Of a stretch of DNA of 64,000 nt, positions 37,650 to 49,039 are shown piece after piece; position 1 is the first letter of the stretch; every line of letters begins with the position of its first letter. Source of the DNA: Ginglymostoma cirratum. Its lineage: Eukaryota. Location: positions 40,490,257 through 40,554,256 of the forward strand of contig JAHRHZ010000009.1 in assembly GCA_024137785.1 (NCBI GenBank). The letters are read 5' to 3'. The notes beneath the pieces were generated by a model. That model was given only the letters and a program-made list of their open reading frames with translations. It was not told where the DNA came from and did no database searches. The position numbers and the translations under genes are program-made.

Positions 37650-40633
37650 CATCTGTAAAGGATGGAAGGTGTCATCAACAGCACAATCAAGCAGCATCTG
37701 CTCAGCGATGCCCAATATGGGTTCCGCCAGGACCTCTCAGCTCCAGACTTCATTACAACCTTGATTCAAACATGAACCAAAGAGCTGAATTCCAGAGGTG
37801 AGGTGAGAGTGACAGCCCTTGACATCAAGGCCACATTCAATCAATTGTGACATCAAGGCGCCCTTGCAAAACTGGAATGAATGTACATCGGGAGTAAACT
37901 CTCCACTGGTTGGAGTCATACCTGGCACAAAGGAAGATTGTCATGGTTGTTGGAGGTCAGCCATCTCAGCTTCAGGATGTTTCTGCAAGAGTTCCTCAGG
38001 TTAGTGTCCTAGGTCCAACCATCTTCAGCTGCTCTATAAATGACCTTCTCTCCATCATAATGTCAGAACTAATGATATGCGCTGATGATTGTACAGTGTT
38101 TAGCACATTTATGACTCCTCAGATACAGAAACAGTCCATGTTCAAGTACAACAGGATCTGGACAATATTCAGGCTTGGGCTGACAAGTGGCAAGCAATAT
38201 TCAAGCAACTTAAATGCCAGACTATGACCATCACAAAAAAGAGACTAAATAACCACTGCCCAGTGACATTCAATCATGTTACCATCACTGAATCCCTCAC
38301 TATCAACATCCTGGGGGTTACCATTACCAGAAACACATCTGAACTCGTCACACAAATGCAAAGACTACAAAAACGGGTTAAAGGCTAGTAATACTGCAGC
38401 GAGTAATTCACCTCCTAGTGCCTCGCCACAGCCTGTCTGCTAACTACAAGGTATAAATCAGAAGTGTAATGGAATACCCCCCATTTGTGTAGATGGGTGT
38501 GGCTCCAAAATCACTCAAGAAGCTTGACAACATTCAGGGTAAATCAGCACGCCTGATTGGTAATCAATCAATCAAGGAATCAAGCAAGGGAATCAAGGGC
38601 TACGGGGAGAGAGCAGGTAAGTGGAGTTGAAATGCCCATCAGCCATGATTAAATGGCGGAGTGGACTCAATGGGCGAAATGGCCTTACTTCCATTCCTAT
38701 GTCTTATGGTCTTATGGTACTATGTCCACAAGCACTCACTCCCTCCACTACCAGCACTCAGTAGCAACAGTACATATTATCTACATATGCACTGAAAATT
38801 TTTATCAAAGATCCCCAGATAGCAACATCCAAACTCATGACCATGTCCATCTGAAAGGACAAGGGCAACAGACAGATAGGAACACCTGTTGGGAGTGCTG
38901 CCTGGTTCACTGTTTACTAGCTCCCTAGTTCTGACACTGGGTTTATGTGTGTGAGATGGTATGGTGGAAAAACACCCGAGGCAGACGTTTCAGAGGCCAA
39001 GAAAACTCTGATTTTATTAAACAAACAAGCAAAATTGATATATTGACAAAGCAGGAAAGTGAATACCAAATTGAAATCCCACCTGTGTCTGACTGAGACT
39101 GTCTCCCAGTTCATTAAATACTGTGGGTAAAATGAATACAATGAGTGACTGTTAGTGTACTAATAGGGGAAAAGAGAGAGAGAGAATTACCTGCTCTAAT
39201 CCACTTCCCTTCCTTAGAGGTGCCTTACACCATTAACCCCAAAACCCGCCTTCCCTGTCTATGACTAACCCAGCTGAGTTAGAGGTTTCGACGATCTTAA
39301 GCTCACCCCTGGTGTGAAAACAGCTATTTTGACTGGTTCTGTTCTTAGATGCTTGCCATAGCTGCAAGCGCAGAGGGCTGCAGCTACCAATAATCGTCTG
39401 TCGGGCGGTGTCTGTCGATGCAGTTGGATGCGTGGGACTAGCCTGGTGAGTACCCTGGTTTTTCTCCTCCTCCTGGCTGTTTTTGCGAGCTGGTTGCTGT
39501 TGCGGCTGAGGTTGAATGTTGCTGGTGTTCCCCTGGTTGGTGTGTCGTATCTCGGGATGTCTTCAGTCGTCCCCGGGCGTCGAGTGGAGGTTCGAGATTA
39601 GTTTTCAGTGGTTGGTCCTGCTGAACTGGTTTCGCGGTGCCCCACTCACAGTGCAGGATTCTCGCTCTCTCTTCGAGCTTCTCTCTCCTTTTCCTTCGCT
39701 TTTCACTGCACCTTCCACTTCACTTTCTCTCTGTTGTGCTGGTCTCGGGGTCTCCAGTTATACCTCACTGCAGCCCCCTCTTATCTCCCGCCAAATTTGT
39801 GAGCAATTGTTCATCCTTTCAGGGCTGAAAAGGTTTCCTGAGCAATGGAATGGGTGAGAATCATTTTTTGATTGAAATGGATGGTTTTGATGGGTTTGGA
39901 ACGTCCGGTATTTCCTTTGGATGGGTGTCAATTCAGTTCCCATAGTGGTGTGAAGGTTACAAGGTCAAACAGGTTTGCATGTAACACAATGGCGTGGAAT
40001 GTTCAGTACCTTTGTGCCTGAGCACTGGTTTGGAATTGAATGGGTTGATACCTGTGTTGGCTCCACAGGGTCAGAAATTGTTGAGGTTGTTTATTTCCTG
40101 TAGATTGGCTTGCATTGTTTTTAGCTGAGGCATGAATGGTGGGGTGGGGTAGGGAGGTGGTGGTGGCGGTGTTTCCTTCGGTTTCATTTAGCTAACCCTT
40201 GTCCCAGACATCTACCCCTGGGCTTGCATATTCCCCATTCTGTCCCAGTCAGCCCCTTCCTGGCTCAGTTGCAGGTTCTCAGAGTCCCAGTGACTTTAAT
40301 CCAATGTACTATAATTCCCATAACTTCTGCCTTCAGACGGTTTTTAAGTCCAGGGTATGTCCAATAACTGATGGGGATTTTTGCCCCCCCTTACACACCA
40401 CTCCCTGCAATTTCCCCTCCAAGCCATTCACCATCCTGGATTGGAAATATATCACTGTTACTTCACTGTCAAAATCCTGGAATTCCTTACCTAATGGCAT
40501 TGTGGGTCAACCCACAGCAGGTGGCCTGCAGCAGATCAAGTAGGCGGCTCACCACCATTTTCTCAATGGCAACTAGGGACAAGCAATAAATGCTGGGCCA
40601 GCCAGCAACATCCCATAAGAAAGAATTTTAAAA
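37650..40633 (+). mobile_element. Jockey/CR1-group LINE RT and 3' end, split by a CR1 tail (38563-38714) and a solo LTR
   Basis: QYGFRQ, ELNSRGEVRVTALDIKA, VPQVSVLGPTIFS..INDL, CADDCTVF, SWNSLPNGIV; tail shared with the SINEs. Confidence 0.85.
38887..40395 (-). mobile_element. 1.5-kb solo LTR of unknown LTR retroelement/ERV
   Basis: TG...CA termini, exact 4-bp TSD CACC (38883-38886, 40396-40399), minus-strand AATAAA near 39013; host LINE is contiguous across it. Confidence 0.8.
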
Positions 40634-40668
40634 ATCTTGGTGGTCACAGATGAATTATGAATTGGGTG

Positions 40669-41514
40669 GGAAGCTGAAAGAACACAGCAGGTCAGGCAAC
40701 ATCAGAGGAGCAGGAAAGCTGACATTTTGGGTCTGGATCCTTCTTCAGAAATGCTGAATTTCTGAAGAAGGGTCCAGACCCGAAACGTAAGCTTTCCTGC
40801 TCATCTGATACTGCCTGGCTTGCTGTGTTCATCCAGCTCCACACCTTGTTATCTCAAACTCCAGCATCGGCAGTTCCTATTATCTCTGAGTGAGTTATAA
40901 CCCCACTGCTAAGCCTCTTCTAAGAATGCCTACCTTGAAAAAGTTACCCTCCTCCCTCCAGAAAGACTTCAGTGGATTTCTCTCCCACAGCAACCCTTTG
41001 GTAATCTCTTCGGCCCTGAAACTGCTCGACCACATCCTGAAGCAAACCAGGTACTACAGCCACATTGCCTTTCTCAGTGCCTGCCTACAGAACCGGATTA
41101 ACCCCAATGGACTGCAATCTACATTCAGGCATTCCCAATTTGGCCCCAACCGCAATGACCGCTACATACAGAACACTCAGATCCTCCAAAAACCTTTTTC
41201 TCTGCGACTCCTCAAGCACACACTCACAGCAATGCACCGGCATCTCCTGGCACTACAATCAAGCCTACCTCAGCTCAGAGCCTCCCTCTCCCAGGCCTGA
41301 AAAGGACCTCTCCTGTTTTTCATTCTTCTCAGGATCCACAGCCTCAACTCACGATTCTACTTCACCCTGTGGGACATTAAAAACCCATTTCTGAAGAAGG
41401 GTCCAGATCTGAAATGTCAGCTTTCCTGCTCCTCTGATGCTGCCTGGCCCACTGTGTTCATCTAACTCCACACCTTGTTATCTCAGACTCCAGCATCGGC
41501 AGTTCTAATATCTC
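40669..41514 (+). mobile_element. Internally deleted mini-PLE: inverted repeat + repeat + ORF 5' end + repeat
   Basis: Hammerhead motifs at about 40715-40751 (-), 40758-40795 (+) and 41387-41423 (+); TSD TGAATTATGAATTG(G/A)GTG at 40651-40668 and 41515-41532. Confidence 0.9.
40926..41385 (+). pseudogene. N-terminal domain of PLE ORF, truncated, with an in-frame TGA at 41298
   Basis: MPTLKK...SHIAFLSACLQNRINPNGL resembles the PLE N-terminal H..FL..C....P.GL motif; the frame stays open after the TGA (KGPLLFFIL..IHSLN). Confidence 0.7.
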
Positions 41515-42229
41515 TGAATTATGAATTGAGTGCCCGCTATTGAAGTCATCTGCTAATTATTTTCATTGAAATTATTATGATAAACCTGTGATTTCTGTAA
41601 TGGGTGTTTAATCCGCAATGCCTCAAACACCAAGTTGGAAATCTACCCCACTGCTTCCTGTGTTTATTCAAAACAAAACTGGAAAAGTGAGTTAAATTGG
41701 AACAAGGTAAATTAAAAAAAAAACAGTTCTTGTTAATTCTGTATATGTGAGAGGCTTTGAAATAATTAATGAAACAATTATCAGGTTAGTAATAAAACAT
41801 TAACTCAGAATTGCTCCCTCTAACACTTCTACAATAAATTAAACCAAGCCTTGAGCAATGTTCCCTTTCTTTTTCTTAAATGCAATACCTGCACAATAAA
41901 AGTGTGTAAAGTGGATGCTTTAAAACTGTTAAATCAGAATGCATGCATCATGTTATTTTAATCATCTTAGTTGTCCAGTTAAGCTTGAATTTTATATTAA
42001 ATGGTCACATTGTACTGAACAGGTTGAGATATGATTCTGAATGCAGATCCATGCCATCAAGCAGTGTCAACAAGTGGGAGCAATTTGGCAACATTGTCCA
42101 GAGCATGTTTCCAGAGCATCTCAGTTCATCTTCTACAGAAACATTCATCGTTGCCTTTACATTCACCAAATTTGTCTATTCCAATATGCTTTTCATTGCC
42201 TTTCATCTGTCACCTAAATAAATGTTAGA

Positions 42230-42680
42230 TCAAATGGAATTTTGTTGTCTTATCCTATATTATACCTGTCCCCTTCACTTGCCATCCTGTGCTCGCTGAT
42301 GTACATTGGTCCCTGGGTAAGCAACACCTTGAGTTTTAAAGCCTCAGTCTTGATTTCAAATCCTTCCATGTGCCCAGGCTTCTTAAAATCAGTAGCATCC
42401 TGCTGTTCAACAACTTCCCAGGTAATTGTGTTCTTTTGGATCTGACCTCTTGTATATCCCCAACCTTAATCGCTCCAGAATTGCTGCTTGGAATTCCCGT
42501 TCCTAAACATTTGGGTTTCTCTCTCTATTCATTTAATATACTCCTTAAAAATCTCTTTGACAAAGCAAGTGACCTGCTCTAATATCTAAAAGTGTGGCTC
42601 AAAGTCATGTTTTTCTCCATACAGCACCTGTGAAGTACATTATAACATTGTATTATGTTTTAGGCGTTATATAAATACAG
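42230..42680 (+). mobile_element. L2-type LINE 3' end
   Basis: PVLADVHW..FK..L.FKS motif and tail TGTGAAG...GGCGTTATATAAATAC. Confidence 0.65.
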
Positions 42681-42683
42681 TGT

Positions 42684-42912
42684 CAACACAGTGTGGAGCT
42701 GGAGGAACACAGCAGACTAGGCAGCATCAGAGGAGCAGGAATGTTGATGTTTCGGTTCGGGACCCTTCTTCAGAAATGGCCTTTTCTGAAGAAGGGTCCC
42801 AACCCGAAACACCAACTTTCCTGCTCCTCTGATGCTGCCTGGCCTGTTGTGTTCCTCCAGCTCCACTCTGTGTTATCTCTAACTCCAGGATCTACAGTTC
42901 TTACTGTCTCTG
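42684..42912 (+). mobile_element. PLE terminal-repeat fold-back insertion with two head-to-head hammerhead motifs (hairpin 5)
   Basis: Inverted arms around CTTCAGAAA-TGGCCT-TTTCTGAAG; 15-bp TSD ATATAAATA(C/T)AGTGT at 42669-42683 and 42913-42927. Confidence 0.9.
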
Positions 42913-43329
42913 ATATAAATATAGTGTATTTTCTGAAATTACATAGCTTGCAGAATCTGTCCTTTACTTTTTAGGGCATATGGCAGCATCTCACTGCCCT
43001 TGTTTTTACACATGATTAACTGCATTACTGTCTCAATCCTTTCTTTGCTATAGCGTAAGATTACTTCTAGGATAATTTGTCTTATATTTTGGTAGGCAAT
43101 AACTACATTCTCATAAAAATTGTATATAAATTATTTCACAAAGCAATGACTCCAAAAATATACATTTGCAGTTTGTAAGTTTTATGTTATCACATGTTAA
43201 TAAGTTTCTTTACATCATATACAGATATAAATTTTCATGCCGCAAAATTTGTAAGTTCCTCTTTATTCTTTGATGATAGCATATCACATTAATTAGGACT
43301 CTGTTAGCTCATTACAAACTATGCTTAAC

Positions 43330-43770
43330 TATGTTTTCTTGCCAGGGTGAATGCAGTTCCAACAATACCCAAGAAATTCATTAACATCCAGGATTAAGTA
43401 GACTCATTGATTGGCACCAAATCCACCACTTCAAACGTTCACTCAATCAAATGCTGATTTGTAGTATGAGCAGTGCATGTAATGTACAAGATGCTCTGGA
43501 CCAATTCACCAAAAGATCTTCTTACAGTATCCCCAGAAGGAACAAATGGAAGAAATGCTTGAGAACATCACCAGCAGCACTTTCACCTCTAGCTGCTCAT
43601 TGTCACGATTTGGAACTAGATCGAATTCCTTCACTGTCACCTCGTCAAATCAATGGAACTCCCTTCTTATGTATACTACGGGTATACACATAAACTAACC
43701 ACAACTTGATCCATTGTATTTAGGAATGGGCTATGAATTCTGGCCTAGCTAGCAATGCCAATAGTACAGC
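43330..43770 (+). mobile_element. Decayed 3' part of the LINE family at 37650-40633
   Basis: CATCCAGGA..TTGATTGGCACC, TCCTTCACTGTC..TGGAACTCCCT, TAGGAATGGGC.ATGAAT tail. Confidence 0.6.
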
Positions 43771-46519
43771 TAAGAAATTCCAACAGCGGTCCAAAAGACT
43801 ATTTTCTTGCTATTTCAGGCAAAAAAAAATACACAGATACATTTCGATAACCTCCGCTCTAGAATTCTGGACAGCGCTCTCCAAATTGGGGAGACCTCTC
43901 CAGGAATCGTCACCAGCAGTGGACAGGATCATTGTCTGAAACCTGTTCCCTTTTACAGCTGTTAGTTTCCCATGTTCTGAGAAGTAAATGTCCAGCAACA
44001 CAGCCAGACAGTTTGGCAACCATCATAAAGGATATGTGTGCGAAGTCAATGTGAATGATAGAGTGTCAGGTAGGTGAGGGAGGGTAAAGTGCCAATAGGT
44101 TGAGATGGGACAGGGTGCCAGGTGGGTTAAGGTATGAAGTGGCAGGCAAATGAAGGATTAGGAATCCAGGTAGGAATTGTGATGTTGGGCTGGGAAGAGT
44201 GGGTCAGGTTGTTGGGAGAGTTTAGATCTGGGAGGTTTCACTCTTGGCAGCAATTTGGGTCAGGAACTGAGGAAGTGGGCGTATTGGATCTCAACTGGTA
44301 GATAGGGAGGGGTGGCATCAGATTGAGTCTCAGAGACGTAACGGCTCCTATATGAATGAATGTCACGAGAGGAGGGTATGTTGTTTCAAATCCTTGAGGG
44401 GAGAGAGGGAATCGGGTCAAGTCCCAAGGGGTGGCTATTGGGTCATATCTTGAATTAGGGAGGATCAGTTTGGGTCTCCAGTGTGTAGAGGGTGTCAGGT
44501 TGAGTTTTGGGTTTGGTAGTTGATGTTAGGTCATGATCAAAGGCGGTGGGGTCATCCCCTGTGGGGTGTGTTGGATCCAGCTGTGTCAGGTTGTGCTAAG
44601 TTCAGTGGGGTCAGGAGTGAGTAGGAGGGTGAATGTGTGGTTTAGGTGATCAGAGGTAAGTCAGTGTTCAATATGATAATTTCCCAGGCTTTAGGGCAGA
44701 TTTTAATTCTTCAACTATTCTACATAACCAATAATCTTAGATGAGTAGGAGCCATTTAAATTCTCCAATATTGAGGAGCTTTGTTGGAGGTTTCCAAACG
44801 TAGATGTATTGACAAGTGAATTTTCAATGCCCCAAGCAATTCCCTCAGAGTTGGCTGCATCAGAATTTCTGTAAGGTCCTGGGATGTAACTGCACTCTAT
44901 GCTGCTGCAATAACTAGATGGAGTTTGAAACCTTCTGTCCAGAGGGTTTCTATTCTCATTGCTTCTATCAACTAGTGTTCAACATAGAGGATATTGCGTT
45001 CAACTGCTGAGAGAGAGCAGAGTAGGTGATAATCAGCAGAAAGCTTCTCTCCTCACTCGGGTCTTGACACAATGAAACCTGATGGGACTCTAGAGGTCAT
45101 TTTAGGATTCCCAAGACCAAACTACTAGGGCCCAGGATTAAAAGAAAGAGTCCCAGTGCGTCTTCCTCCTGACTGTACATCACTGCATCATTCCTTCTGG
45201 TGGGTCTTTCCTGCCAGTAGGATAGGACATATTCAAGTTTAGTAATGGAGGGACAATGTAAGTGAGGTATGAATATGTGGCTATGACTATGCTCAGGTTG
45301 TAATTAGTTTAGTTTGTAGGACAGCTCCTTCAATTTTGACACAATACCCTGGATGTTAGCAAGGAGAACCTTGCAGCACCAACTGGGCATGGTATGCCAT
45401 TGTCATTTCAAATTCTGGGTTCAATGGCAGATGTGTAATCTGGTTTGATTGCTTATTGACATTTGCATCATTGTATGACAGCTTATTAGGTTATTCCAGA
45501 ATCAATCGCATTGATGTGTGTCTAGAGCCACACGTAAGCCAGACCGCAGTAAAGCCAACATATAGCTTTCCTTAAAAAAACTAAGTGGGATTGTACAAGA
45601 ATCTGGTAATGCACTAATGGATGTTCCTCAGGCTAGTTTCTTGTTATAGATTTAATAATTAATCAAACTTAAATTCTCCAACGGTTATTGTGGGATTTGA
45701 GTTCACATCTCCAGATAATTAGTCCAGTTGCATACTATATTGGTATTATTCCATTAGTTTAATAGTACCTTCCTCACAGTCCCCTCCATCACTATCTCTC
45801 CCAAATCAGCCTCACCACACCCCTACCAGACCCCAGGTTTCATGTCTCTTTTTTGCCTTTCAGTACCCCACTAGCCCATTTCCAGCCATCCCTTTCCCTG
45901 TGGGGACACTGCTCATTAAACTTCACTTTCTGCCCCCTAAAACCTAACATTACACCTTAATGATACCCATATTGTTAAAACTGCAGAGGATGGGAAACTT
46001 CATACGGACATAGACATGAAACCTGGAGCAGGGAGATAAATCACGAACCCTGGTGCTTCTACTATTTTGTGCGCCTCTTATCCATACCATACATCCCAAC
46101 CATCATCCACCCTACCAACTCCCCTAACCCACATCCTTCAGGTGCACAGAATTGGGAACCATGAGCACAGTGTGATCAAACTGTTTATTCGATGATTAGC
46201 AAAACTTTATAGATTTTGTATTCAATGCCTCTGTTTATAAAGTCGTCCGAAAGCTCAAGTTTCAGTATGATGCATCTTAACCATTGCTTTATTACACAAT
46301 ACACACAACTGAGTCATTCACATTGTGCAATTAGCTCTGCTTTTTTGAATCTGACCCAATGGAATATCCAGACAACCACATCCAAAACAGTTTGGCTTTG
46401 TTAACAGAAAAGTTACATTTTGCACTGAGCAAATAATATTTTTCTGATTATAAATTGAAACTAACAATATTTAGAAATGTCTAACATGAAGCATGTATTG
46501 GAAGAGCAAAGTGCTTTTA

Positions 46520-46712
46520 TTGCTAGAAATCTGCAACATAAATAGAAAGCATATGAAATACATAGCAGGTTAGGTGTATCTGTGGGCAGAGAAACAGATT
46601 AATTGCTTTTAACCAATGACCAGCAGTAGTTCTGACAAACGGTCACCAAAAGCAGTTTTGCTCTGCACAGATACTGTTGATTCATTGGGTATTTCCAACA
46701 CTTTCCTTTTCC
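46520..46712. mobile_element. Old, decayed PLE-derived fold-back element
   Basis: Arm GAAATAC..GTATCTGTG..CAGAGAAAC versus arm CTCTGCACAGATAC..GTATTTCC; central TTCTGACAAA..GGTCA remnant. Confidence 0.5.
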
Positions 46713-47106
46713 ATTGGACCATATATATTCCCCTCCAAAAAGCACTCAGGCTTCTTGTGAGCCTTCCATTCCCATTCAGCAAAAGAAAATCAGCAGCAAC
46801 TCCCTGAAATCTGATTTAACGTAACATTATGGAGTGAAGAAAATTATAAACAGCTTGCCAAGCAAAGAAAAACACCATGTTGAAGAGATACATTGATATG
46901 CTTTTAAATATGAATAATTAATGAAAGCAATTCATTAAGTACAAGTCAGCAGAACTAACAAATAAAATCTTTTGAGCTTTTCATAGAAGAAGCAAAGCTA
47001 GAGTGACTGACTAGGTCTCAGATCCTGGTCACTTTGGTCTAATTGGGATCATGTGAAGAAGTTGAGTTTAACTTGTGCTGTCCCCTGGTAGTGCAGTGAA
47101 TAGTGG

Positions 47107-47670
47107 AGATAAAAGGTACTGCAGATGCTGGAGAATGCGAGATAACAAGCATGGGGCTGGATGAACACAGCAGGTCAAGCNNNNNNNNNNNNNNNNNNNN
47201 NNNNNNNNNNNNNNNNNNNNNNNNNNNNNNNNNNNNNNNNNNNNNNNNNNNNNNNNNNNNNNNNNNNNNNNNNNNNNNNNNNNNNNNNNNNNNNNNNNNN
47301 NNNNNNNNNNNNNNNNNNNNNNNNNNNNNNNNNNNNNNNNNNNNNNNNNNNNNNNNNNNNNNNNNNNNNNNNNNNNNNNNNNNNNNNNNNNNNNNNNNNN
47401 NNNNNNNNNNNNNNNNNNNNNNNNNNNNNNNNNNNNNNNNNNNNNNNNNNNNNNNNNNNNNNNNNNNNNNNNNNNNNNNNNNNNNNNNNNNNNNNNNNNN
47501 NNNNNNNNNNNNNNNNNNNNNNNNNNNNNNNNNNNNNNNNNNNNNNNNNNNNNNNNNNNNNNNNNNNNNNNNNNNNNNNNGCAGGAAAACTTGACGTTTC
47601 GGGCCCGAAACGTCAAGTTTTCCTGCTCCTATGATGCTGCTTGACCTGCTGTGTTCATCCAGCCCCATGC
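47107..47670 (-). mobile_element. PLE terminal-repeat fold-back insertion (hairpin 6)
   Basis: Centre TTGACGTTTCGGG|CCCGAAACGTCAA; TSD TGCAGTG(A/T)ATAGTGGA at 47092-47107 and 47668-47683; spans a gap. Confidence 0.88.
47181..47580. other. Assembly gap (400 N)
   Basis: Run of exactly 400 N. Confidence 1.
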
Positions 47671-47821
47671 AGTGTATAGTGGAAGAGAGTTTCCTTTCAA
47701 CCTGGATTTTCCTCCTCTCCTGGCTCACTGTGAATTGATTTTAGAAAGGAAGGAGAAGGGGAGCAGCGTGTCTACAGATGCTCCGACAACAAGCGCGAGT
47801 GCACGCGTACACCTGTGTAGA

Positions 47822-47840
47822 TGTGTGTGTGTGTGTGTGT
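47822..47840. repeat. (TG)n microsatellite
   Basis: TGTGTGTGTGTGTGTGTGT. Confidence 0.9.
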
Positions 47841-49039
47841 CTTTGTGAATGAACAAATAACTGGCTTACTCCCAGTCTTGGTGTTCTTGCACACACTGCT
47901 CTTTCTTACAGACGTACTGTAAACAAACACTTTTTTACTCTCTCTCTTGCACATACTCACATGTGCACACTCTCATGCTTGTGATGCGATCAGGGGTGTA
48001 GAACCATGAAGAAAGACTCAGAGACCATAATCAGCCACCATGGGACATCATTGAGTGAAAAAGAGAGAGGGAGGGAGGATTCAGGACATAGATTCAGGAC
48101 AACTGTGTCAGTGGGAGTTTCATACACAATGTGGGAGAGGTTTATGCACAGACTTCTAAGACAGCAATAATGTGCTTCATCTCACCACATTGTGCTCTCT
48201 CTGCAGAAGCCTTGGCCACAGTCTGTGAATCACTGCATGAACTAAACTAAAAAGAAGGGCCTGAGGAATCTGGCACATCCTACTCAGCGAATTAACGTAG
48301 TTGCTCAGGACTCCACATATCCTGATTCATAGGCAACTTGGCCAATGAGCCCAGGACCTCCTAGAAGTCATGTTGATAAGCTGTATCTGCTCTCTCCCCT
48401 CCCAGACCCTGCATTGAACACATTGTGGACCCAATAAAGGTTGATTTATATAGGCTGTAACAGAAAATGAAAAACTCTATTTGCCCCTTCTGATCTACAA
48501 TATAATCCTTAGCATTGGGTAGTGTAAGGCTTTTACCAAACACTGTTTGTTATAAATATCATTATTATGTCAGGGCACATACTCATATTTACTCATTAAT
48601 TTCAGACTGTATTTACTAGTTATGTCAACAAACTAATAAATATCAGTTAATAGTATCAGAAAGAGAATTAGGATGTCAGTGTTTCATACATGAGAAACTG
48701 CATTTCATTAATAAAAGAGCTGCAAGTGGCAAAGATAAGACTAATTCATATGGCGTTAATTGAAGTTCAGGGATAAAGAGTGTTTATAGTGTATTACTGA
48801 GTTACATCCATAATCTTTATGTGTGATAATTGGCAGCAACTAAGTGCTAATGCAATCACACTCTTGATACTAATAATTTAGTTGTAGGTTGTGCAAATCT
48901 ATTTGTATTCACAATGTATTTTATAATGTAAATGATGGTAGGAAGCCTGATAGAGATGACCCAGGCCATTCAGATACTATTCCCCATGAGGGTAGCAGGA
49001 AGCTCTCCCATTGATTGTGCAGCGAGTTGAACACAGAAA

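Noticed and set aside
41298-41300. In-frame TGA as possible selenocysteine (some PLE clades encode selenoproteins)
   Set aside because: Single decayed copy, no SECIS recognised; a TGC/TGT to TGA point mutation is simpler. The family consensus would decide.
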